Source of the DNA: a virus
Virus record (IMG/VR): IMGVR_UViG_3300024518_002836
Location: 4,076-68,075 of that record
DNA: 64,000 bases
Reading direction: 5' to 3' (one strand)
Part shown: piece by piece, positions 40,216 to 49,508 of the stretch
Numbering within the stretch: position 1 is the first letter of the stretch
Layout: each line of letters opens with the position of its first letter
Notes under the pieces: generated by a model
What the model saw: the letters and a program-made list of their open reading frames with translations, nothing else
What the model was told of the DNA's origin: nothing
Database searches by the model: none
Translations under genes and position numbers: made by a program

Positions 40216-40998
40216 TATGAGGGACTAGCAAAATCTTTTTTGGGCTATTGATTCTATTTCCAGGATAAGGATACATTGATTCAACTAAGGATGAACATAA
40301 CTAGGGGTATTGTTTGTTTGTAATGGTCTAGATTAGTGGGCCAAAGTATCGTTAAAGTATAGTATGAGAGTAACATTAACCTAAGCGATGTTATACTAGA
40401 ATATGAGTTAACTTAGGACGAAATCATCATAGGAGGCATTAGGTATTAAGATGGCGGTTGAACGGGTAAGGTTTCTTTCGTTCATTTTGACAATTAGCCT
40501 AATTAGCCAATTAATTTCTTTTGATTTAAAAATCGGTGCAAAGCATATGGTTGGGTTAAATACTCCAATCCGTTATCCAACCATATGGAATTAAGTGGCA
40601 GAGAGTCTGCGTAAAGCGGCTTATATGGTGATGCTAAAATATAAGACGTAGCAGCGTCTGACACTGCCTTCCTTAAGGCTAAAGATACGCTATTCGCGTA
40701 TTTGCTACGCAACCATATGGTAAGTTGTTTGTGAACTATAATGAAATGAGAGAGTGAAACGTGAAGTTCGTAAGTATATGCGAATAGCATATGATGAAGA
40801 AGTTCCCGAGTGTAATTAATATGTGAACACATTGGGCTGGCTGTTAGGGTTTGGCGGAGTTACCTTATTAGGGGTCATATCTTTATTAAGTATCAGCGTT
40901 ATAATAACACTAATATCTTATAAAGGACCATATGGTGGTACTTTGGTACACCCCATTATCAAGGTTAACAAAACCTATCTTATGCGGAGACACAAAAA

Positions 40999-41196
40999 AT
41001 GTTCTTTAATCGAAGAATCACAGCCTTGAATGTTGAATCAACATTCACACTCAAGATTGGGCACGACAGAAACATGAACTTGATTATCAAGGAATTGAGC
41101 GTAAAGGCGGATAACGTCGATGACTTGATTTTGCAGGTAAAGGATGCTTTGGAACAATTCAACGCCATGAAGGTTGAACAAATGCTAGGTGAATAA
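40999..41196 (+). CDS. Hypothetical early protein
   Basis: GGAGA SD; first gene after an ACCATATGGT/TATA-like element. Confidence 0.55.
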   Translation: MFFNRRITALNVESTFTLKIGHDRNMNLIIKELSVKADNVDDLILQVKDALEQFNAMKVEQMLGE

Positions 41197-41757
41197 GATG
41201 ATATGCAATCACATGAATTACACAGAATCAGCGCACGAACGAGCATGGAACCCAATGACAGGTATTGTTGAATTTCGATTCATTCAAATCTGCCTAGATT
41301 GTGGCAAACAATGGACTCTTGATAATCTGGAGGACTGAATATGAAGACACACGAAGAAATGCACGAATTGAGCCTAACCGAATTGAAGGACTATATTCAA
41401 GGCGTTTGGAGCCATCTTTATGATGCACAGGCAATCAGAGAGTATCGAGTAAAGATTGGCGAACCGAACCTATTGGCTGCACCGACTGAAGTTGAGTTTG
41501 AAGAAGAGGAAGAAGAATGATTTGTGGTATTTGTGACGGTTGGATAATAAACACGCATAATTGGTCTGATGAGGAACAATGTGATTGTAAGGAGGAAGAG
41601 GAATGAATTATTATGAATTTATGGAAAGCCCACACCATGCTTTAGATGTTATTGCAGATTTAATACGATTTGAGGCATCACCTGAAGAACAAACCGCATG
41701 GCTTAAAGCAGTTATTAAATTAGGATTTGTAGAAAACATGGAATTGGAGGAAGAAGA

Positions 41758-41946
41758 ATGAGTATATTTCAAAGGCAGCATTATGAGGCAATTGCGGAGT
41801 GTTGTGGTTACATATCTACCGTAAAGGGCCGTGAAATGGTCGTTGAGTCAATGATTAAACTGTTTGAGCGGGATAATCCTAACTTCCAACCTGATAGGTT
41901 CAGAGAAAGGGTCAAACAATACGCAGAAGGCATAATTATGCGTTAA
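41758..41946 (+). CDS. Small conserved-type phage protein (RQHYEAIA...DNPNFQPDRF)
   Basis: Motif DNPxFxxxRF seen in small phage early proteins; SD present. Confidence 0.55.
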   Translation: MSIFQRQHYEAIAECCGYISTVKGREMVVESMIKLFERDNPNFQPDRFRERVKQYAEGIIMR

Positions 41947-42077
41947 TAGAAGAGGGAAAGACATGAATGATTTTTGGATAATATTCTTAGTAACACTCGG
42001 TTTACTCGAAATAGTATTTTGGGCAGCAGCGTGGAGATATGCTAAGAAAGTGTGGCTTAGACTAATGGGGATTTCTC

Positions 42078-42407
42078 ATGGGAAATAGAGGTAAACGCAG
42101 TAGAGAGCGATGGGTTCCCAGACAGGAACAAAAGGGCTTAGACAAAATAGAACGACGAAAGATAGCACAGGAAGAAATTGAAGCAGAAGTGAGGAATGCT
42201 TTTTATTCAGTCGAAGGTGAATGTCGTTCATGTGGGTCAAAGGAAAATGTATTGGAAACCGATAAAGTATTAACAGGTGGAAGAAGACATAAATTATGTC
42301 AAGAATGTTTAGATTACATACTAAAAAAAGTGAATAAAAGGAGAGAGTTAAATGTGGAAAGCAGGAACAAAAATGGGAAAGAGCCTAAAAGCACGAACAA
42401 GGAGTAA
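42078..42407 (+). CDS. Zn-ribbon hypothetical protein
   Basis: CRSC...CQEC. Confidence 0.55.
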   Translation: MGNRGKRSRERWVPRQEQKGLDKIERRKIAQEEIEAEVRNAFYSVEGECRSCGSKENVLETDKVLTGGRRHKLCQECLDYILKKVNKRRELNVESRNKNGKEPKSTNKE

Positions 42408-42559
42408 TGCGCTCCGAGAGGAAAGAAAAAAGCGTTATTTCGCTTCTTTTAAGAAAAAGATTTAATTCTTTTTCCCTTCGGGGTTTTTAATCCAAAGTAT
42501 TACCTACCATATGGTAACACTTTGTTACCCCACTTTAAATCACCTGTTATCCTTCTTAT

Positions 42560-43100
42560 TGTCCGTGGATGCAAACATGGACACGTTGTGGCTGAATAAT
42601 CTCTTTATCAGAGATAAAGCACACGTCGCAGATTCCGTAGCCGGAACGACTTGAGCCAATCTGGGGAAAGTCAAGAATACTTCGGTATTCGCCTTTTAGC
42701 GAGGCCAGCGAAAACTCATAGTAACGATATGGGGCGTGGTTGGAAGTAACCCTCGATTCTTTTTGCGCAAATCAAAAGAAACGAGATAGGGAGAAAACTT
42801 GAGAGAAGGCGCGTTAATCGGCGCGTAGCCTCTTCAACACCTACTTATCCCCACGGGATGAAAACAGTAGAAAGGTATCATACTGAGAGCAATTTTGGTC
42901 AATAGCGCTACTGAAAGAGTCATGAATCTTTCAGATATCTTCGCACCGAATAGACACTTTGATGCAAACCTGTTGGATTCCTATCCCTTTCCTGAGAGTG
43001 CGTCTAAAAAATGTTTAGGGCAAATCCTGAAGAACATTTATCGCTCTCTTCCCCGAAAAGACAAGATACCATCAACAGTCAACAGGCTAAGTAGTGCGGG
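42560..43100 (+). ncRNA. Candidate large structured non-coding RNA (~550 nt)
   Basis: GC-elevated, no credible ORF, many hairpins including GAATAC-TTCG-GTATTC, nested long-range helices, TATA-like TTTAAAT at 42534. Confidence 0.5.
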
Positions 43101-43132
43101 CTTGAGGAAAAAAAAACAGGAGATGACACAAA

Positions 43133-43495
43133 ATGACCAATTTCGTAAATATGACAGCACACCCAATCAACATCATGAATGACAATATGACCATTCCCTT
43201 TGTCATTGAACCGAGTGGTGAAGTAATTCGTTTGGATGAAGAATGGAGCAACCGCGCTAACGACGAATCTGTTGAATTGAATCTAGAAAATGGTGAAATC
43301 TTCAATCTCACAATCATGCATTGCAAATACACGGCTTCTGGTAATATTCCTGAAAAGGTCGAAGGCACGGTTTACATCGTATCTGCGATGGTTGCAAATG
43401 CTTACCCATATCGAGAAGATTTCTTGATTCCCGCAAAGATGGTAAAGGACCACAATGGCCGCATTCGCGGTTGTCAGGCCCTTGCTCACGTTTAG
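43133..43495 (+). CDS. Conserved-type hypothetical phage protein (NMTAHPI...IVSAMV...GRIRGCQAL)
   Basis: Motif pattern NxTxHxI / YIVSxxV / GxIxGC; SD present. Confidence 0.65.
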   Translation: MTNFVNMTAHPINIMNDNMTIPFVIEPSGEVIRLDEEWSNRANDESVELNLENGEIFNLTIMHCKYTASGNIPEKVEGTVYIVSAMVANAYPYREDFLIPAKMVKDHNGRIRGCQALAHV

Positions 43496-43637
43496 TGGGT
43501 CAGGGCCCCATTAAAACTCAAAGTTTTTAAGACCCATATGGTAGCACTTTGGAATAAATAAAATGTCCCCGTTCTCACTAACGAACAAATGCTAAGTTTG
43601 CTCGAAAGTGAGAATAGGGTGGAGAAGGGAATTACCC

Positions 43638-44180
43638 TCACTCTTCTTCTTCGCCTCCGTCGGCTTCAGAAGATTCCGGCGCTGAAATCACCGGAATATG
43701 TCCATTCATGCTACCATCCCAACAAATAGCATCGCTATCGCCATTGAGATGATTTCGGTAGTAAGTCGTGAGTCGAGACTTCATGGATTTGAGGAGAGTT
43801 GCCTCATATTCCTCCAAATCCTCGTATGTTCCACCCCCGGACTTACCATGCTTCCGAACGATTTCACCATAAAGAGGGTCCGTCGCAAAAGGCGCAGCGA
43901 ACGCTGCTGCATATTGCGCAGAAATCGTTTGAATCGCCTGTTGGATTTCGTCGGGTAGGCTGCTTTCGCGGCCGCGCGAAATCGGGCTGTTCGGAAGCAT
44001 CGCAAAAAGGTTCGTGATATTCGTCCAGAACCTTTTTCGGTTTTCGGGGTCATTTCGGCCTTGATTGAGATTCCATTCAATCACGGCTTGCATATCGCCT
44101 ACGTCGTTATTCTCCAAATGAAGGAGAACCTTATTTTCGTTCTTTGACCATTTCTGGTCATCCATTGAGTAGTCTGCCAT
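43638..44180 (-). CDS. Early-region paralogue family, member 1
   Basis: SPISRGRESSLP, KHGKSGGG and WDGS shared with 46287..46775; probable start at 44180. Confidence 0.7.
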   Translation of the reverse strand: MADYSMDDQKWSKNENKVLLHLENNDVGDMQAVIEWNLNQGRNDPENRKRFWTNITNLFAMLPNSPISRGRESSLPDEIQQAIQTISAQYAAAFAAPFATDPLYGEIVRKHGKSGGGTYEDLEEYEATLLKSMKSRLTTYYRNHLNGDSDAICWDGSMNGHIPVISAPESSEADGGEEEE

Positions 44181-44748
44181 TTTCATCATCACATCCATTT
44201 GTTCAGTAAGTGGGATTATTCCCTTCTCCATTAGTAACTTTGGCGTGAGTTTGATAACGGGGAACATTACATTTGCCCAAAGTGCATCCATATGGTTGTG
44301 GTAATAATGAAATTATACCTTGACTGAAAGGAATCCTTAATGAGGCTACTGGTATGTTAATTGTGCTATTCGCCCAATTCTTTTCATACCACCGCCATAT
44401 GGTAGGAGGTTGTTAATGGTTTAGTATATGATAAGGCCGTTAGGCTCATTGATACAAACCTTTAACTTCTGAACTAAGCGTTAGCGGTCCTTAAAAAAAT
44501 AATTGGGGTAACTTTAACGGGCTACGCCCGCAAGTTTGCTTTATCTGCTATTCGCAGATTCACAAATCAGTTACCATATGATTGTGTAACAAGATACGCG
44601 AATAGTGTATCGTATCCGTAGAAAAGAAAAAACTTTATTGGGGATTCGTTCCTCAACCTTAAATTCTTTAAAGGCAACCATATGGTAATGGAACTTTGTG
44701 GATTACCCTATAATAGCACAAAAATCGTATTTACTGGAGCGAGTGAAA

Positions 44749-45135
44749 ATGAGCAGCGAACGACATGATACACGAAAGACAATGATTGAGGCAATCATCG
44801 AGGATAACGAACATCTCTCAGACGAGAAGAAAGAAGAATTGGCGAACCTCTGGGCAATCCCGGCAAATACCCCGGAAATGCAGAAAGCCATCTGGGACGG
44901 CACACGGCAGATTCTGAAGGGCGTCGAAGGTGTCGATATCAGCATCAATGCGAAAGAGGCCGAGTTTGCCGGAGTCAAGGACTCTATCATTTCTCACCTT
45001 CAGGCTGCATATAATGTATGCCCTGAGTTTTTCCTTCAGCGCGGCGTTAAGGGTGTTTATCTCCCCTATGACGATTCTATCGAAATGCCTAATTCAGTCT
45101 GGGATATCTTCATGGGACGACAGAAGAAGGCCTGA
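44749..45135 (+). CDS. Early-region paralogue family, member 2 (divergent)
   Basis: QKAIWDGTRQILKGVEG resembles QERVWDSIKSMIRGLDG. Confidence 0.6.
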   Translation: MSSERHDTRKTMIEAIIEDNEHLSDEKKEELANLWAIPANTPEMQKAIWDGTRQILKGVEGVDISINAKEAEFAGVKDSIISHLQAAYNVCPEFFLQRGVKGVYLPYDDSIEMPNSVWDIFMGRQKKA

Positions 45136-45457
45136 CTACACTCAAGACCCCCCATACGACCGCAGAAGGGCAAATTGCCCTTCTGTGTGTCAATGGGGTG
45201 GTTTTAATTTCAAAGTGTAAACCTACCATATGGATAGGAAAATTGAGGTCGGTGAGGCGAATTGACTAAATATGCGAATAGCATATAGTCATTTAGCGTA
45301 GCGTGAGCCGTAGACCCGTATTTAGCGAAGCGGTCCGTAAGCGAAGCGGTCCTTATTTTGGGGTCAATCAGTAGATTCAGTCGAAACAATAATGATTCTT
45401 AATGAATGCAGAATCATTACTCCTTCATCTTATACATGCAACCATATGGTGAGTGGC

Positions 45458-45643
45458 TGTATTAAGTTATGCGTAGCAAATACGCGAATAGTGTATGGTT
45501 AACTTAATACAATGAACGAATGCCCAAATTAAGGTTTATTAATATGCTATTCGCATATTAGCCTAAAGGCCCAACCATATGGTTAGTAGGCATTAAACTA
45601 TTGCGAAGCAAATATGCGAATAGTATATGGTATAGTTTAATGC
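45458..45643. repeat. Two 30-nt conserved cores, each enclosed by a different 12-bp inverted repeat
   Basis: TGCG(T/A)AGCAAATA(C/T)GCGAATAGT(G/A)TATGGT at 45470-45499 and 45602-45631. Confidence 0.85.
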
Positions 45644-46286
45644 AATAAGACCTTAAAAAACAATTAAGGTCTAAACACTATTATTAAGTATTAATGTCAT
45701 AATAACATTAATATCTTATAATAGGACCATATGGTTGTTCCTGCGAGAGATGGCCTCTTTTGAGCGGAAAGCCTCTAACCCATCTAAACGCTATACCGAG
45801 AGCCACCAAAGAAAACTTACTCGAATATGTTGGGTAGTAGGAAAGGGGTCAGCCCAATTGACATATACAATATCCTATACCATAGTGGATAAGATATAAG
45901 TATTGAATATAGTTATATTACGGGTGCGCGCAATTAGATTAGAATAACAGGGTTTTGACTAGGAGGGAGGTGTCACGCGTGACAATGTTCTGGATGAGTT
46001 TCAAACGAGTTTCAAAAGAAGGCTAAAGATTGTAATGGTTGAAAATGAATATAGTATTGAGTGGGCCGTGGTGCCGAAGTGGTGTGATATGGGGCGAAAG
46101 TCAGGGGTGCTTTGAATGAGATATTAGGGTGAACATGAGGCAGAATGTATCAATATCATGTGTATCAATGTAAAGCCTACACCTATTCCTTTATATGGCG
46201 TTGCGGTGAACGTGATTATGCCCCGCAACGGGTATATGATTTAGATAGATGATAATTAAAACACCAAACAATTGAAGGTGAAAAAG

Positions 46287-46775
46287 ATGACAATGGAAGG
46301 TTGGCAAGCAAGAACTGAAGAAGTAGCGGAATTTATCGCAGTAGACGGATTTGATGCACAGTTGCAGCAAGTGGTTCAATTTCAGATTAATTTCGGAAAT
46401 GAAAACTCTGAGCAGCAAGAGCGCGTTTGGGACTCAATTAAGAGTATGATTCGCGGATTAGACGGTAGTCCTGTTCGTCGTGGAAAGAAGAGTAATCTTC
46501 CGGCAAGCGTGAACGTGGCTATTGCTCAAGTGAGCAGTGAAGTGGAAGGATTAGCAGCAGACTGGTTTGACCAGAATTCGCTGTTACAGTGTGTTTTACT
46601 GAAACACGCTAAGTCTGGTGGTGGAATGTTTTCCGATGGTTCGGAATATGGTGCCGCATTAGGCAAGAAGATTGGCACACGTTTAAAGCGAATGTATGCT
46701 GAGGAATCATGGAATGGGACTGTTGAAGGATTAACTTCCACAACGGCTCCGGCCCTTGAAGAAGAGGAAGAGTGA
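46287..46775 (+). CDS. Early-region paralogue family, member 3
   Basis: SPVRRGKKSNLP, KHAKSGGG, WNGT, acidic tail; TATA-like TTTATATG at about 46190. Confidence 0.7.
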   Translation: MTMEGWQARTEEVAEFIAVDGFDAQLQQVVQFQINFGNENSEQQERVWDSIKSMIRGLDGSPVRRGKKSNLPASVNVAIAQVSSEVEGLAADWFDQNSLLQCVLLKHAKSGGGMFSDGSEYGAALGKKIGTRLKRMYAEESWNGTVEGLTSTTAPALEEEEE

Positions 46776-46788
46776 TTATCACTCAAAT

Positions 46789-46842
46789 GGATGCAATCGG
46801 GGAATGTAATAATTCCTCGGTTGTGTCCTATTTTTTTTATTT
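46789..46842 (+). terminator. Hairpin plus T-tract terminator
   Basis: GGATGCAATCGGGGAAT...ATTCCTCGGTTGTGTCC followed by a T-run. Confidence 0.6.
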
Positions 46843-47309
46843 AGGTTGATATAGAATTGATTTGATATTAATGAACGTAATAAGTTACGTTTGAAGGGGG
46901 GCGCCGTTTACCTTAAAGGAAGTGCGAAAGGCTCCTATGTAAGTGGATAGAATGATAACGTATCAATATGGTATGTGTATCAACACGATACACAGTTTTG
47001 ATAGGGAACCGCATAGTGGTTTAATATAATTATGTATGTGTATTATATGTATCATATGTATTCATACATAGGGCATATTCTGAGCGCGCACTCCCCCACA
47101 GACGCCCCACTCACTCGATACACATATACACGATACACATTAGACCATACACATGATATTCATACCAAACCGGGGGGCGGTTCAGGGCAATTTCGTTGTA
47201 TCTCCCATCGAATACACATCCGATACACTCAATGAGGGGCCATAATTTAAAATGGATTTAAATCAATTTATGAGAAGACTTAAAGAAAAGTCTATTCATA
47301 TGACAAGAG

Positions 47310-47828
47310 GTGAAAACAATGGTAAAACGTTGGATTAATAGAAAAGAAGTAAAGGAACTGTTTAAGGTAAGCCCAGCAAGGCTTAAGAAACTAGCCCAAT
47401 TAAATTTGGTAGAAACTAAGACGGAAAGTGGAAAAAGGGGGCGACCGAGTATATTATACAATACTGCTCAATTGCGAAATTTTCTCAAGAATAGCGAACC
47501 ACAACGTAAAGCATTACTAAATATCGTACGGGGGGTCTTGCCCTCAAATGAGGAAAATTTGAAGGCTTGGTCGGCAATTGTAGAAAAAACAGCAGATTTA
47601 TCGTATACTAAACCATTATCTATTGTTGAAGAAGCACCTGAAGAAAAGGTTAATCATCCGGCTTACTATAATACAGGTAGTATTGAAGTAATTGATGCTA
47701 TTGATGATTGGGGATTGGACTTTAGCGCAGGTAATGTTGTGAAATACGTTGTTCGTGCGGCACATAAGAATAATCAACAAGAAGATTTAGAAAAGGCTAT
47801 GTGGTATATTCAACGCTTGCTTGGTTAA
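47310..47828 (+). CDS. HTH plus DUF3310-like domain protein
   Basis: VNHPAYY..IEVIDAI..GNVVKYVVRA..KN..EDLEKAMWYI. Confidence 0.75.
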   Translation: MKTMVKRWINRKEVKELFKVSPARLKKLAQLNLVETKTESGKRGRPSILYNTAQLRNFLKNSEPQRKALLNIVRGVLPSNEENLKAWSAIVEKTADLSYTKPLSIVEEAPEEKVNHPAYYNTGSIEVIDAIDDWGLDFSAGNVVKYVVRAAHKNNQQEDLEKAMWYIQRLLG

Positions 47829-48048
47829 AACCAAGTAACGTGTATTCCACGACAGTTAAGCACAAACTTGGGTGAAAGCACACTTGAGGCTTATTAGGTG
47901 AAAACTGAAAGGTTAAAGGTGATTAAGTTTAGTAGCCCGAACCGTGTGATTCTGGTTCAAAAGCAGGTGGAGGCCTGTATAATAGCGAAAATTGCCTCAA
48001 GACTGAAACAGGTCCACACAATAGACGCTCGCGGTATAATATACAATA

Positions 48049-48222
48049 GGGCCATTGGCGCAGTTAGGTAGCGCATCGGGCTTTTAAGGGGTTTATCGAA
48101 TAATAAGGAGAAAATCTTTTCCGTACATCGAGATAGTAGTTTCAATTATTTGGTTGTTTCCACTATGAACTTCTTTCCTCGAAGATACCCGATGGTCGTG
48201 GGTTCAAATCCCACATGGCCCT
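48049..48222 (+). tRNA. tRNA-Lys(UUU) with 100-nt BHB intron (48087-48186)
   Basis: Acceptor GGGCCAT/ATGGCCC, D arm, TCGGG-CT-TTT-A|intron|A-CCCGA, T loop TTCAAAT; BHB helix CUUU/GAAG with two 3-nt bulges. Confidence 0.85.
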
Positions 48223-48466
48223 CCTATTCAAAAACATCACATCTTTCCTGAGCATGAAACAAAAGGCTCAATCCTACTCTTTAGAGCAAACTAAAGGTGA
48301 GTCCCAACCTCTACCGAATAGACTTAAAATATGGTATTAATAAAATAAATTTAAAGAAATACTTTAAGCACCTCGGTCTTGATTGATGCAGAGCCTTAAG
48401 GTATTTATATTAAAAAACCATCCTGAATATGATGCTTCATTTTTTTGAAGAAAGTGTTCTATATAC

Positions 48467-48551
48467 GCGGGGTTTCCAGAGTGGTCAAATGGGAGAGGCT
48501 TAAGACCTCTTGGATAATCCTTCGCAGGTTCAAATCCTGCACCCCGCACCA
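48467..48551 (+). tRNA. tRNA-Leu(UAA)
   Basis: Cloverleaf with AGAGG-CT-TAA-GA-CCTCT, variable arm and encoded CCA. Confidence 0.9.
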
Positions 48552-48561
48552 ATTCTTAAAA

Positions 48562-48635
48562 GGACAGTTAGCACAGTCTGGAAGTGCGCCACGCTCATAA
48601 CGTGGTAGTCATTGGTTCAAATCCGATACTGTCCA
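48562..48635 (+). tRNA. tRNA-Met(CAU) (or Ile2)
   Basis: GGACAGT/ACTGTCC acceptor; CCACG-CT-CAT-AA-CGTGG. Confidence 0.85.
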
Positions 48636-48953
48636 TTAACGAGGCATAAATATGAGAAATATAATTTTATTTGAGAAAATATTAGATAAAATGGGCGAAG
48701 TAAACTCATTTGATGTTAGATACCAATTAATAATTAGTTGGTGTGTAACATGATATGTTTTAAATGTAAAGAAGAAATGTTTTGTATTGAGACCTTTACT
48801 CAAGGCCAACAATCAATAGTGGGCTTTGAGTGTAGACCCTGCAAAATAAAGTATGAGGTGAAGAACAATGCCAATGTGTAAAAAATGTTCTTGCACCCGA
48901 TTTATTGGGCATGGTAACAAAGTATATTGTGTTAATTGTAATGAGGTGATAAA

Positions 48954-49199
48954 ATGGCTGAATTAAATGACCATCAAGATAGTGAACATTTTTTATATGA
49001 TAAATCTTGGAAAGAAATTGAAGATATGTTAGACGATGCCGAACGTCGGTTAAACTATCATCTAACTAAAATCAGTCGAAAGAACATTTCTAAGAAACAA
49101 CAAGTTTATCACTTGAGGAACTACAAGGCTCTTCAAGGGGTAATCAAAACACTTCGATGGGTATTGGGTGACATTAGCATTCAAGACCCATTAGAATAA
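48954..49199 (+). CDS. Hypothetical protein
   Basis: GAGGTGA SD. Confidence 0.55.
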   Translation: MAELNDHQDSEHFLYDKSWKEIEDMLDDAERRLNYHLTKISRKNISKKQQVYHLRNYKALQGVIKTLRWVLGDISIQDPLE

Positions 49200-49203
49200 A
49201 AAG

Positions 49204-49404
49204 GTGAAAAAAATGAACGTAGAAGAAGTAACAATAATTGTGGCTATGGTTATGTCCGTAATGCCAGTAATGTGGATTGCCTATCTATACTATAGATTGG
49301 AAATCAATAAACTAAAACTTGCTGTTAAGATTGAACAGACACGTTCTGAAACAAATTTAGTAGTTTCGGAAACAAAGCCTACACTATTCCCTGAACAGGA
49401 GTAA
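49204..49404 (+). CDS. Small membrane protein
   Basis: One N-terminal TM segment. Confidence 0.5.
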   Translation: MKKMNVEEVTIIVAMVMSVMPVMWIAYLYYRLEINKLKLAVKIEQTRSETNLVVSETKPTLFPEQE

Positions 49405-49415
49405 TGTAGCAATTT

Positions 49416-49492
49416 GGGCATATAATGTAGTTTGGAAATCATTTTGGCCTTCTAAGCCGAGAACAGGGGTTCAAATCCTCTTATGCCCGCCA
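49416..49492 (+). tRNA. tRNA-Arg(UCU)
   Basis: GGGCATA/TATGCCC acceptor; TTGGC-CT-TCT-AA-GCCGA; encoded CCA. Confidence 0.88.
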
Positions 49493-49508
49493 AACTAAAG
49501 AAAAAGAG

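Larger units (their letters stand above)
40579..45735. repeat. Dispersed palindrome (A)CCATATGG(T), about 13 copies
   Basis: About 40580, 40712, 40927, 42506, 43533, 44287, 44394, 44573 (variant), 44677, 45225, 45441, 45574, 45726. Confidence 0.9.

Noticed and set aside
42660-42680. GGGGAAAGTC resembling RNase P CR-I (GAGGAAAGUCC)
   Set aside because: No matching CR-V/P4 partner was found, and the segment pairs locally with GACTT; family left unassigned.
42895-43182. ORF 42895..43182(+) inside the structured region
   Set aside because: TTG start without SD and atypical composition; the region is better explained as structured RNA.
48364-48552. ORF 48364..48552(-)
   Set aside because: Antisense shadow of tRNA-Leu.
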